From contig OZ245006.1 in assembly GCA_965223545.1 (NCBI GenBank), positions 5,312,001-5,376,000 of the forward strand: DNA of 64,000 nt, given 5' to 3'. The notes beneath the pieces were generated by a model. The model did not search any database, was not told the DNA's origin, and saw only the letters and a list, made by a program, of their open reading frames with translations. This DNA comes from Planctomycetota bacterium (GTDB taxonomy: Bacteria > Planctomycetota > UBA1135 > UBA2386). This document shows positions 10,340-19,620 of this stretch, in pieces (within the stretch, counting starts at the first letter, position 1; each line of letters starts with the position of its first letter). Made by a program: the position numbers and the translations under genes.

Positions 10340-12951
10340 GCGACCTCGAAGAAAGGGACGACGCCGCACAGGCCGGGAATGACCTGCGCGACGCCACGGG
10401 TTCCATTGAGCAGGATAGGCCAATTGAGACCGGGTCTCAAGGGCGAGAGGAAGCGCCGAAAACCGCGGCTGGCGACGCCGCTGACGCCGGTAGCGCGCTG
10501 AAGACCGACACCATCGCTGCGGTTGACTTCTTGCAGCAGTTCCGCCCCGGGGGACCGTGGCTGCTGTGCGCGTTCCACGAGAGCCGGCCGGAGATGCCGG
10601 CGCGCGAGTTCGGTCCGGACGAGGTCGAGGCGATGGTCCGGTGGATCGAGGAGTGGAACGCCGCCGAGTTCAACGTCTACTTCCACGTCAACAGCACGCG
10701 CCCGAGGCTCAGCAAGAAGGCCGAGAAGGCCGACGTGGTCAGCATCGACTGGTTCCACGTCGACGTTGACCCCGAGGACGGCAAGGACCTGAACGAGGAG
10801 CGTGCTCGGATCCTCAAGGACCTGCGCGAGGACTTCGCGAGCATGGGCCTGCAGCGCCCGTCGGCCATCGTCTTCTCGGGCGGGGGGTATCAAGCCTTTT
10901 GGAGGCTTGATACGCCGATCGAGGTCCGCGGCGACATCAAGGCCATCGAGCAGGCCGAGCGCTACAATCGCCAGATCGAGGGACTGCTGGGCGCGGACAA
11001 CTGCCACAATGCCGACCGCATCATGCGAGTGCCAGGGACGACGAACTGGCCGAACGCGAAGAAGCGCAAGCGCGGGCAGGAGCCAGAGCTGGCCGAGGTC
11101 GTCGAGTTCGAGGACGCCGCCTACGAGCTGTCGAAGTTCGTGCAGGCCGTCGACCGCCAGGAGCGCGGCGCGTCGATCGGCGGCGGCATGAACCGCCCGA
11201 CGGTCGAGCTACCGTCCGGAAACGTGAAGCGGATCCCGCCCGAGTTCCTGCTGGACGCGCTCAAGCATTACGGGATCAGCGACGAGGACAACATTGGCCG
11301 CGTGATCCGCGACGGTGAGGACACCGAGGCGCCGCCGGTGCCTGGCGCCGACCGCTCGCGCTCGGGCTGGTTCCTGCACGCGGTCTGCGAGCTGGTCCGG
11401 CACAACGTGCCCGACGAGCTGATCTACGCCATCGTCACCGACCCGGCCTACGACATCAGCCAGCACCCGATCGGCCAGGGCCGCGGGCGCGACCGCGCGG
11501 TGAAGCGCGCGCTGGTGAAGGCCAAGGAGTCGGTGGAGTCCGACGACTTGGCGATGCTCAACGACGGCTACGCCTTTATCGAGTCCGTGGGCGGCCGGGC
11601 CCGTATCATGTGCGAGCGGGCGAACGAGGCCAGCGGCAGGCGCGAGATCGAGTTCCTGCTGCCCGACGGCTTCAAGATGATGTGGAACAACCGCAAGGTG
11701 ATCCTGGTTGTCGGCAAGGACGAGAAGGGCAACAACAAGTACGACGAGGTGCCGCTGGGCAAGTTCTGGCTCGGCCACAAGCACCGTCGCACCTACCGCG
11801 GCGTGACGTTCTGGCCCGGGCGCGAGTTCGAGCAGGAGCTGAACCTGTGGCGCGGCTTCAACGTCGACGCGGTGCCCGGCGACTGCGACCTGTTTCTGGC
11901 GCACGTCCGCGACAACATCTGTCGCGGCAACGAGGAGCACTACGACTACCTGCTGCACTGGATGGCGAACGCCGTGCAAGACCCCGGCCAGCCCGGCCAG
12001 GTCGCGATCGTGCTACGCGGCGGGCAGGGCACCGGCAAGGGCGTGTTCGCGCACACCCTCGGGCACCTGTTCGGGATCCACTACAAGCACGTCGTGAACC
12101 CCGACCACATCATGGGGCAATTCAACAGCACCCTGCGCGACGCCGCGTTGGTGTTCGCCGACGAGTGTTTCGTGGCCGGCGACCGCCGGCAGGAATCCGC
12201 GCTCAAGACCCTGATCACCGAGGACCGGCTGCGCACCGAGGCCAAGGGCCTCGACTCCGTGGAAACCCGTAATTGCGTGCACCTGATCATGGCCACCAAC
12301 CAGGACTGGTCGATCAGCGTCGACTGGGACGACCGCCGCTTCTTCGCCCTCAACGTCGGCGACGACCGGAAGCAAGACACGGCGTACTTCAGGGCGATCC
12401 ACGAGCAGATGAAAGCCGGCGGCTACGAGGCCCTGATGCACCGACTGCTGACCATGGACCTGCGCGATTTCAACGTCCGCCAGTGCCCGAAGACGGACGA
12501 GCTGCGGCGGCAGCAGGTGAACTCCCTGGACGGCACCCTGGAAGGGGAGTGGCTGGAGTGCTTGATCCGTGGCGAGCTACCGACCGGCGACATCGACGCG
12601 CGCGGCTTCGTCACGATCGAGACCGGGAAGCTGCTCGCTGCGTGGGAGCTGCGGATCGGCAACAAGGCGGCGAAGGCCAACGCTCTTCGGGCGCTGCTGC
12701 ACGCGCCGCAGGGCAATCACGTCAAGGACGACGAGGATGACGAAGGGAACACGGGCATGGGCTTCAAGAGGGTCACGACCAGCCCCCGAGGGTACGTCAT
12801 CCCCCCGCTGGCCGAGGCGAGGCGGCGCTACGACGAGCGCCGTTGGCGGATCCAGTGGGACGACGGTGATAAGTGGGCAGTGGTCGAGATCGACGGGCAG
12901 CGCCAGCGGTCGGTCATCGTGCGGGCCGAGCGCGAGGGCGAGGCGTTCTAA
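10336..12951 (+). CDS. Primase-helicase fusion (RepB-like AEP primase N-terminus, SF3/DUF5906-like helicase C-terminus)
   Basis: N-terminal HVDVD, SGGGYQAFW, RIMRVPGT; C-terminal Walker A GGQGTGKG, Walker B LVFADE, motif C MATN, DRRF. Confidence 0.88.
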   Translation: MSDLEERDDAAQAGNDLRDATGSIEQDRPIETGSQGREEAPKTAAGDAADAGSALKTDTIAAVDFLQQFRPGGPWLLCAFHESRPEMPAREFGPDEVEAMVRWIEEWNAAEFNVYFHVNSTRPRLSKKAEKADVVSIDWFHVDVDPEDGKDLNEERARILKDLREDFASMGLQRPSAIVFSGGGYQAFWRLDTPIEVRGDIKAIEQAERYNRQIEGLLGADNCHNADRIMRVPGTTNWPNAKKRKRGQEPELAEVVEFEDAAYELSKFVQAVDRQERGASIGGGMNRPTVELPSGNVKRIPPEFLLDALKHYGISDEDNIGRVIRDGEDTEAPPVPGADRSRSGWFLHAVCELVRHNVPDELIYAIVTDPAYDISQHPIGQGRGRDRAVKRALVKAKESVESDDLAMLNDGYAFIESVGGRARIMCERANEASGRREIEFLLPDGFKMMWNNRKVILVVGKDEKGNNKYDEVPLGKFWLGHKHRRTYRGVTFWPGREFEQELNLWRGFNVDAVPGDCDLFLAHVRDNICRGNEEHYDYLLHWMANAVQDPGQPGQVAIVLRGGQGTGKGVFAHTLGHLFGIHYKHVVNPDHIMGQFNSTLRDAALVFADECFVAGDRRQESALKTLITEDRLRTEAKGLDSVETRNCVHLIMATNQDWSISVDWDDRRFFALNVGDDRKQDTAYFRAIHEQMKAGGYEALMHRLLTMDLRDFNVRQCPKTDELRRQQVNSLDGTLEGEWLECLIRGELPTGDIDARGFVTIETGKLLAAWELRIGNKAAKANALRALLHAPQGNHVKDDEDDEGNTGMGFKRVTTSPRGYVIPPLAEARRRYDERRWRIQWDDGDKWAVVEIDGQRQRSVIVRAEREGEAF

Positions 12952-13023
12952 CGCGACCTCGTGGCGACCTGGCCGGAAGGTCGAGTGCGCTGAAACCCCC
13001 GATTCTCGCTCGTTCTCGGGGGT

Positions 13024-13204
13024 CTACTCAACCTGCGCACCCTGCGCGCCCGGCTCGCGCGAGTTGCCCGAGAATCGGGAGGCCCCCTCTCTACCAACCC
13101 CCTCTATTTGATTGAGTAGGTTGAGTAGGCTGAGCAGGCGGCTGAATTCGCAGTCCTCAGGGCCTCTCGCGCCCCTCAACCTGAGCGCAACCTGCTCGAC
13201 CTGG
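13024..13204. repeat. Iteron-like 9-bp repeat cluster, putative origin of replication
   Basis: TTGAGTAGG-TTGAGTAGG-CTGAGCAGG at 13112-13138; inverted, degenerate copies at 13024-13050 and 13174-13204; lies right after the primase-helicase. Confidence 0.6.
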
Positions 13205-13801
13205 CCGCCCTTGGCGTTGCCGTTCTCTTGGGCAACCAGGGCTTCCGCGCGGCCCAAGGGTCAGCAAGCGCGACCTGAGACACGGCCGCGGAGGTTTGAG
13301 ACGACTTGGAGCCACGCGGCTGCCCAGGACCCAACCAGCTGCCGACACGGTGTGAACCGTCATCGGCGTCGTAGATGACCGCGCGGGCGCGCTACGGCGC
13401 CGCAGGTACGCGCTGCACGGGCGCGAGGCTGCAGATGCCGTGGTTTCGAGCCACAACCACAGCGCTGTCCCGCGCCCTGCGTCCCGCCCTGGCACCTAGT
13501 CCACATTCCACCGCCAGAATCCAACAGAGCGCCATACAGCACCTTTCTGGGCGACGCTACAGCGCCGCACCCCGGGCCCCGTCCGTCGTTTCGCGTGGGA
13601 CACACTACCGACACCTTCACCGAGCCGCCGGCGCGGCGTGTGAACCGCGCGCGGTCGCCCCGCTCGACCACAGCGAACGTCTCACCCCGAGCCACGACTG
13701 CCGCGCCGGACCGTCCAACACCACCGACCCGTCAAGCGCGCCGCCGAGTTCATTCCGTAGAATGGGTCCGCACGGCGCCACACGCGGCGGTAGTTTTCCG
13801 C

Positions 13802-14479
13802 ATGGGGAACGACACTGCATTCGCCTACTGCCGGGTGTCCGGCACCGGCCAGCTCGACGGGCACGGCCTGGAGCGCCAGGAGGACGCCGTGAGGCGCTTC
13901 GCGCGCTCGCGGGGCCTCGGCATCGTCGAGGTGTTCCAAGACGCTCACACGGGCACAGAGGCGGACAGGCCGGCCTTCAGCGCGATGCTCGCCGCCCTCC
14001 GCGCCAACGGCACCAAGACGGTGATCGTCGAGTCCATGGACCGCGTCGCCCGCTCGCTGTCCGTGCAGATGGCGCTGATCGCCGCGCTGGAGAGCGAGGG
14101 CGCGGCCCTGATCTCGGCTACCACCGGGCAGGACGTGGTCGCCGAGGTCCGCGACGACCCGATGCGCGAGGCCATGGTCCTCATGCAAGGCGTGTTCGCC
14201 CAGGTCGACCGCAAGATGACCGTGCGCAAGCTGCGGGCTGCGCGCGATCGAAAGCGTGAGGCCGAGGGGCGCTGTGAGGGCGTCAAGCCCTACGGCACGA
14301 TGCCCGGCGAGGACGAGGCCATGGCCATCATCCGCAGGGGCAGGCGGGCCCGGCGCTCGTGGTCCCGCATCGCCGAGGACCTGAACGCAGCCGGCCACCA
14401 CACCCGCGGACGCAAGCACAGCCCTCCGCGCCCATGGACCGCCGACGACGCGCGCGGCGTGTGGCGGCGGCGGCGCTAG
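13802..14479 (+). CDS. Serine recombinase (resolvase family) with C-terminal DNA-binding domain
   Basis: Catalytic motif AYCRVSGTGQ, plus LERQ, DRPAF and VESMDRVAR. Confidence 0.9.
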   Translation: MGNDTAFAYCRVSGTGQLDGHGLERQEDAVRRFARSRGLGIVEVFQDAHTGTEADRPAFSAMLAALRANGTKTVIVESMDRVARSLSVQMALIAALESEGAALISATTGQDVVAEVRDDPMREAMVLMQGVFAQVDRKMTVRKLRAARDRKREAEGRCEGVKPYGTMPGEDEAMAIIRRGRRARRSWSRIAEDLNAAGHHTRGRKHSPPRPWTADDARGVWRRRR

Positions 14480-14480
14480 C

Positions 14481-14610
14481 GTCGACCGAGACAACCTAGA
14501 TCCCGACACCGCGCGCTGCGCAAGGGCAGCAAGGAGCGCGGCACCGAGCCCGGCGCACTGTTCGTACCCGTCAACCGCGGCGGTCGGGTGCGCTCTGGGG
14601 CGCTCAGACC
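14481..14610 (+). pseudogene. Tyrosine recombinase internal fragment
   Basis: Reads VDRDNLDPDT then (shifted) LRKGSKERGTEPGALFVPVNRGGRV. The KGxKER and EPGxLFxPVNRGG boxes are fused by a deletion. Confidence 0.6.
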
Positions 14611-14643
14611 GCGGCGTTCTGGCGCGTCGGCTTGGTCACTCTA

Positions 14644-14663
14644 GACAGAAGACACCTTCTGTC
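14644..14663. promoter_or_regulatory. Dyad site GACAGAAG-acac-CTTCTGTC (possible recombinase binding site)
   Basis: Perfect 8-bp inverted repeat with a 4-nt spacer beside the recombinase relic. Confidence 0.4.
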
Positions 14664-14826
14664 AGGTCTGAATCCCCACGGTTAGTCGTTCATGGGAGGA
14701 CAGCCTCTCCGGCGATACCGGACCGCCCACAAGTCTCATTTCTTCGCGTATGCCCGGCTCGCCCGACGTCGCCACGACGCCCCCTCGTCGGAACGCCCTT
14801 CAAGAAGAAGTGTTCCAGCCAGAGTC

Positions 14827-15175
14827 CTAGCTCGTACCGGATTGCCGTTGTTCCCCCTTCGGAGAGAACACAGTGAACTGAATCCGAGAGATGGTCTCCT
14901 GCCTAGCTTCTTTTGAGGCCCTCCGCGCCCGCGCCAATACCCAGGACTGTGAGGCCCGCCTTACCCTCTTTGCCCGTGGTATTGGACACCGTCACCGCGA
15001 TGTCAAACCGAATGTCACCCATCATCTCTCGCATCTCGCTGTTGGCGAGTTCTTCGACCTGGCGGCTATCGACTCCCTGTGCGTCCTCTTCACGAAAGAA
15101 GACCTCCTCTGCGTGTTCCTCGATGGCCATCCGCACTTGAGAAAGGGCGCTGCGAACGAACTCTCTGAGTTCCAT
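14827..15175 (-). pseudogene. Trypco2-like small protein with a 1-bp frameshift
   Basis: MELREFVRSALSQV...IRFDIAVT..GKAGLTVLGIGAG; removing one base near 14920 continues as SKEARQETISRIQFTV, the expected C-terminus. Confidence 0.65.
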
Positions 15176-15326
15176 TCGGACTACTACAGCATTCGCCGGC
15201 CGCGTACGCGAGTGGGAATCCCCGTGCGCTGGCCCCGCTCATCCACAGCTGCGTCAAACCGTACGGCACCTTCGAACTTCGAACTCAACATGAAGAAGCG
15301 GTTGCCTCATGACCTGCCAGTAGAGC

Positions 15327-15527
15327 TTGCTGCTGGTCCCACGACAACTGCACCCGCACGCCCTGCGGCACGCATTCGCCGTCGGGCTGACCCGCGAGGG
15401 TCACTCGATGCCCGCCGTGCAGCGCCAACTCGGGCACGAGCACCTGAACACCACCGCGACCTACCTGGCGTCCCTGGGCGAGGACGAGGCCGCCGAGGCC
15501 GTGGCGCGGCGGGCGTGGTCGCTGTAG
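15327..15527 (+). pseudogene. Tyrosine recombinase C-terminal fragment
   Basis: HPHALRHAFA...VQRQLGHEHLNTTATYL carries the HxxR, H and Y catalytic residues; the N-terminal part is missing. Confidence 0.8.
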
Positions 15528-15601
15528 GGCCGTCGCCAAGGTGCTCTGGCCAGGCCAAATTCGCTCCAGTCCTACACGCAGATTGACCGAACGCACTTCG
15601 C

Positions 15602-16381
15602 ATGCCGGCAACTCGCGCTGTGGTCCTCTTCTCGCTGCTCTTCGCGCCCGGGTGCCACCTGCTGTCCTCGGTGCAGCCAACGGAGGAGCAGCTGGCGACC
15701 GCCGACTTCGGGCCCGCCCCAACGGCTCAGGAGACGGTCGACGCGATCCGTTTCGACGTTCGCACCTTCCGCAAGTTCGAGGGCGTGCCGATCACCTCCC
15801 TTCGAGTGGATCATGACGAGCCCGAGCAGGCGTGGGTCGGTGAACGCCCGATTGGCGCCGCCGACCACGAGTTTCGGTTTGGTTGGCGCGTCAACGCGAC
15901 CATCTCGTCGCCGTCCTACACACTGACGAGGTCCTTCCTCCTAGCCAAGCGCCCTCACGGCTTCGGCGCGCTCGCACGCGGGCAGGAGGGCCGCTGGTGT
16001 TTCTCTCCGTACATCGAGAACCTCAACCGAGAGTTGGCAGCGCGAGGCCCCGCGGACTCAGAGTTCGCGTCCGCCGACTTTGGCTCAACGCCGAGTGGTT
16101 ACGAACAGCACCTCACCGGCGCGATCAAAGGCCAGTTGAAAGACCCCGATTCGGCTCGCATCAGATTCGCCGCACCTCGAAAGACCTGGGGCCGAGTGGT
16201 CGGAGTCGAAGGGACTGAGTTCGGTTGGAGTGTGACGGCCTTAGTCAACGCCAAGAACAGCTACGGCGGTTACGTCGGCGAGAAGCCGTGGTCGTTCATG
16301 TTCCGCGACGGTCGAGTGGTGTCTGCGACTCCGCTCGGCAGCGGTTTTGAACTGGGCCACGCTGCCGCGCCCGCGCGGTAG
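15602..16381 (+). CDS. Lipoprotein with two related domains
   Basis: Lipobox-like APGC; repeat ATADFGPAP / ASADFGSTP; C-terminal LKDPDSAR...VNAKNSYGGYVG. Confidence 0.8.
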   Translation: MPATRAVVLFSLLFAPGCHLLSSVQPTEEQLATADFGPAPTAQETVDAIRFDVRTFRKFEGVPITSLRVDHDEPEQAWVGERPIGAADHEFRFGWRVNATISSPSYTLTRSFLLAKRPHGFGALARGQEGRWCFSPYIENLNRELAARGPADSEFASADFGSTPSGYEQHLTGAIKGQLKDPDSARIRFAAPRKTWGRVVGVEGTEFGWSVTALVNAKNSYGGYVGEKPWSFMFRDGRVVSATPLGSGFELGHAAAPAR

Positions 16382-16392
16382 ACGGCGGCGAC

Positions 16393-16836
16393 CTACAGCT
16401 CCAGGCGCGTGATCTGCCGCAAGCACTCGCAGAAGCAGTCGTCATTCCGCCACACCAGGTCGCGCACCGCGGCCCGGCGATCGCGCCGGAAGTGCACGGC
16501 CGCGTGCAGGTCGACGTAGCGCGCCAGGTCTCCGGGCGTGACGCGACCCCTTTGCATGATGCCGTCGATCATCGTCATGACATGGAGATCACCCAACTTC
16601 ACGGGCGGCGCTCGATCGGCCACGTTCACGCCAGCAGCGAGCAACAGTAGCCCCTCGAAGTCGGCGTCGCGCTCGTCGAGCAGGGACAAGAACGCGCGCT
16701 CGGTGCAACCGTCGTGGAAGTCGGTCGCCACGGCGTCGACGAGTTCGCGGAACGCGCCGGGTGGATTCCCCGTCGGCCGGAACTCCAGCGCCGCCCTGGC
16801 GCTGGCGCGAGCCTCAAGACACCTTCTGGTCACCAA
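16393..16836 (-). CDS. Hypothetical protein
   Basis: 147-aa ORF overlapping the stop of the upstream HTH gene; start uncertain. Confidence 0.5.
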   Translation of the reverse strand: MVTRRCLEARASARAALEFRPTGNPPGAFRELVDAVATDFHDGCTERAFLSLLDERDADFEGLLLLAAGVNVADRAPPVKLGDLHVMTMIDGIMQRGRVTPGDLARYVDLHAAVHFRRDRRAAVRDLVWRNDDCFCECLRQITRLEL

Positions 16837-17215
16837 GTTCCCGAAACTCCTCTAAGGCGCGACGCAGCACTTCGCGCTGCGCGGCAGTCATATCACACGG
16901 GCGAACCCTGTCAGGGACGTTTGGCACCCGCTCCAGCCCAACGGCTCGCGCCGCGAGTTCGAGCCGCCCGGTCCGGCGCAAGGCGACGCAGAACGCCTCG
17001 ATCTGGGCATCCGACAGCGCCAACGGGTCACGGTTCGACCGCGCCGTTGCTTCCTGCGCTGCTTGCACCAGCGCCCAGAAGTCCGGGTCCGAGTCGGCAA
17101 GGCGGTAAACGTGCGGTCGGTGGAGCCCTGCGGCTCGCGCCGCCGCGACCATCGTGGCGCCGTTACGCAACTCCCTTAGCAAGACCTGCTTCTGCTCCTC
17201 TTTCGAAATAGCCAT
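16814..17215 (-). CDS. HTH protein resembling terminase small-subunit N-termini (two HTH-like units)
   Basis: LLRELRNGATMVAAARAAGLHRPHVYRL..SDPDF, then FCVALRRTGRLELAARAVGL. Confidence 0.6.
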   Translation of the reverse strand: MAISKEEQKQVLLRELRNGATMVAAARAAGLHRPHVYRLADSDPDFWALVQAAQEATARSNRDPLALSDAQIEAFCVALRRTGRLELAARAVGLERVPNVPDRVRPCDMTAAQREVLRRALEEFRELGDQKVS

Positions 17216-17228
17216 TTGAGAAAAGGTC

Positions 17229-17373
17229 CCGCCGCCGCGCCCCAGAAACACACGCGGCGGCGGAACAACTAACCAGTCCTAGAGATTATTGGCCAAACCC
17301 GTGCCGGCTTTCAAATCACCTGCAATCAGAAAACTTCAGGTGATTTGTTTTTCAGGTGTCGTTTGGGCGACAC
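17229..17373. promoter_or_regulatory. Divergent control region with inverted repeats
   Basis: AT-rich gap; CAAATCACCTG (17312-17322) / CAGGTGATTTG (17337-17347); 11-bp GC hairpin at 17229-17263; GTGTCG/CGACAC at 17356-17373. Confidence 0.55.
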
Positions 17374-17379
17374 TCCAAC

Positions 17380-18129
17380 ATGCGAACGAAGACAGAGCGT
17401 AGCACCGTGGCATTGAAGGCTGCCTATCTCGAACTGCTCCAGCGCGGCGCGACCACCACCAGCGCCGCACAGACCCTCGGAATCGCCAAGTCGCTGCCGG
17501 CCACCTGGGCGTGCCGGGACGAAGTTTTCAAAATCGAGCGTGACCGGCTCATTGAGCGAAACAAGTCAGGCGTGCCGGATGCCGAACAAGTCGCCTCCTG
17601 GCACGCGGAGCTGGAGCAACTGGGCGCCGAGCGGCTTGAAGTCGAGGCCACCCGCGTCGCACTGGCATTGCCCGCCAAGATGGGCGACGCCCAGGCACAG
17701 CGCAGGATGGACGCCGCCCAGCAGCGCCTCTCCCAGATCGACGAGGCGGCAGACGGGCTGAAAGTCGTGCTTGCCGGCGCCGACCGCGCGATGGCTGCTG
17801 CCCGGGCTGAGGCCGAGGCCCGCGCCGTCGAGGAAGCGCGCGCTGAGGCGGCCGCGATTCGCGCCAAGCGCCACGCCAACGCTCAGCGCTTCGACGCGCT
17901 CGTCGCCGAGCTGGGCGAGATCGTCCAGCGAGAGCGCGAACTTGGCGGGCAAGAGCAGTCATTCGCTCGCAAGGCGGGTTACCGCACCGCTCCGACGAAT
18001 CAGGCGCAGTTCCAGCAGGCCGTTCTGGCATGTTCACTCGATCTTGCCGATGCCATCGGCATCCCGAGGAGCCAGCGCACCAGAACCATCCGGCCCCTTG
18101 CGGCCTCGATGCAACCGAGGGCGTCGTGA
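17380..18129 (+). CDS. HTH plus coiled-coil protein
   Basis: N-terminus KAAYLELLQRGATTTSAAQTLGI...W..RDEVF, then a long Ala/Glu/Arg/Gln-rich helical region. Confidence 0.7.
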   Translation: MRTKTERSTVALKAAYLELLQRGATTTSAAQTLGIAKSLPATWACRDEVFKIERDRLIERNKSGVPDAEQVASWHAELEQLGAERLEVEATRVALALPAKMGDAQAQRRMDAAQQRLSQIDEAADGLKVVLAGADRAMAAARAEAEARAVEEARAEAAAIRAKRHANAQRFDALVAELGEIVQRERELGGQEQSFARKAGYRTAPTNQAQFQQAVLACSLDLADAIGIPRSQRTRTIRPLAASMQPRAS

Positions 18130-18467
18130 AGACCTTGCGCGACATCGAGGCCATGAGGGACCAAGCCCGGCGGACGCCCGGCCCGGAGGGCAGCAAGCTG
18201 CTCGATGAGGCAGCGGTGCACTTGTCGGACCTCGCCGAGCAGATGAGCACCATCCGATCCGCGGCGCTCCTGGAATGCGCGCACTGCCGCCACGAGATTG
18301 AAGAGCGCTTGATCGGCCCAGACCCCGTTACGGCCCTCCAGCGCTACCTCGTGGGCATGGCGCGAGTTCACGGCATCTCTACGCGCGAAATGCTGATCTT
18401 GGCGCTGCAGAACGGCGACGAGCTGCTTGCCGAACTCTCGCTGCACGCGTGGGGCCTGGCGCTGTGA
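18126..18467 (+). CDS. Hypothetical protein (CxxC)
   Basis: GTGA overlaps with both neighbours; contains CAHC. Confidence 0.65.
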   Translation: MKTLRDIEAMRDQARRTPGPEGSKLLDEAAVHLSDLAEQMSTIRSAALLECAHCRHEIEERLIGPDPVTALQRYLVGMARVHGISTREMLILALQNGDELLAELSLHAWGLAL

Positions 18468-18760
18468 GTGCACACCTCGAAGCCCTCGCGTCAGTGATTC
18501 AGGCGCGTCGCGCTGGGCGACCGTGGAGCGCTCGGCGCATTGCCGAGGCCACGATCCGATACATCCGCGGCGAATGCCGCGACTCGGGTGTCGACGTCAG
18601 CGATTGGGCTGACGGCTGGCTCCGTGGCGACGAACAGCCGCGCGCTCGCCTGGACATCCTTCGAACATTTCATGACGAACTTAGCTTCGCAACAAGGACT
18701 GACACCAATGGACGAAACCACCATCATCAAGCGCGCGCGAGCGCTAATCTCGACCACTGA
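18464..18760 (+). CDS. Hypothetical protein
   Basis: GTGA-coupled ORF in the small-gene operon. Confidence 0.55.
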   Translation: MSAHLEALASVIQARRAGRPWSARRIAEATIRYIRGECRDSGVDVSDWADGWLRGDEQPRARLDILRTFHDELSFATRTDTNGRNHHHQARASANLDH

Positions 18761-19127
18761 CAACTCCTCCGGGCTGACGCACCACGACATCGACCGGGCG
18801 ATGGAATCGCTGGCGAAACACTCTGCCCGCGCAGGTGAGACCGCAGCCAAAGCCTACGTGCGACTCCTGCTCGACCAGCCCGACGACGACATGACCACGC
18901 TGGCCAAGGCGCGCGAGATGCTCGCGCCAAATGCTCCGAGCGCCCCCGAGGCGCTCGTCGCTGACGCGGAAGCCGAACTCGACGCCTATATCGGCTCGGT
19001 CGCCCGGGCTGGCGAGACAGCGGGCCAAACGATGGCGCGACTCGAAAAAGCCCGCGATGGCGGTTTTGAGCGCCGCTACACCTTGCTGGCGGACGCCCGA
19101 CGCCACGCCCTGCGGAACCGGCGATGA
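18708..19127 (+). CDS. Hypothetical protein with internal ARAGETA repeat
   Basis: AAGGA RBS; SARAGETAAKAY and VARAGETAGQTM. Confidence 0.7.
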   Translation: MDETTIIKRARALISTTDNSSGLTHHDIDRAMESLAKHSARAGETAAKAYVRLLLDQPDDDMTTLAKAREMLAPNAPSAPEALVADAEAELDAYIGSVARAGETAGQTMARLEKARDGGFERRYTLLADARRHALRNRR

Positions 19128-19362
19128 CGACCACCGAAGCAGAGCGGGAACGCCGTCGCCATTACGACATGCTCTACCACGCCCAGGCTGCGGGCCAGAA
19201 GTGGGCCGCACCGGCGCGCTGTGGGAGTTCGCCGGCGACATCGCCATCACGCTCGGCGAGGGGCGCGACCCAGCGGCACTGTGGCGCCGCATCGGTGGCG
19301 AGCCGTACCGCGAGCGCGACTACGTCGTGGAGTTCCTCCGTGCCGCGATGGCCACCACCTGA
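19124..19362 (+). pseudogene. Small hypothetical gene with an apparent 1-bp frameshift near 19207
   Basis: MTTTEAERERRRHYDMLYHAQAAGQKWA, after which the GC3-rich frame switches to RTGALWEFAGDI...VEFLRAAMATT-stop. Confidence 0.5.
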
Positions 19363-19373
19363 CCGAACAACAA

Positions 19374-19423
19374 GCCGCTCGCCGGGGGTTCTTTTCTTCG
19401 TTCTGTTTGACCCGGCGGGCGGC
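19374..19423. terminator. Hairpin closing the small-gene operon
   Basis: 13-bp stem GCCGCTCGCCGGG / CCCGGCGGGCGGC (one G-U pair) with a T-rich loop. Confidence 0.45.
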
Positions 19424-19620
19424 ACATTTCTCGCTTACCGCCGGCATCGACGAGCGCGTCCTGCCCGACAGGTGGGACGGGGAGGCTGCTGGCCCTCACG
19501 GAGTCCGCGTGGAGCCATGGAATCGAGCGCGCCATGCTGCGCGGGCGCGAGCCGATTGACCCCGCCAGCACACGCACACGTCGCCGCAGTCCGCGAACTC
19601 CGTGGATGGTGATCGAACGG

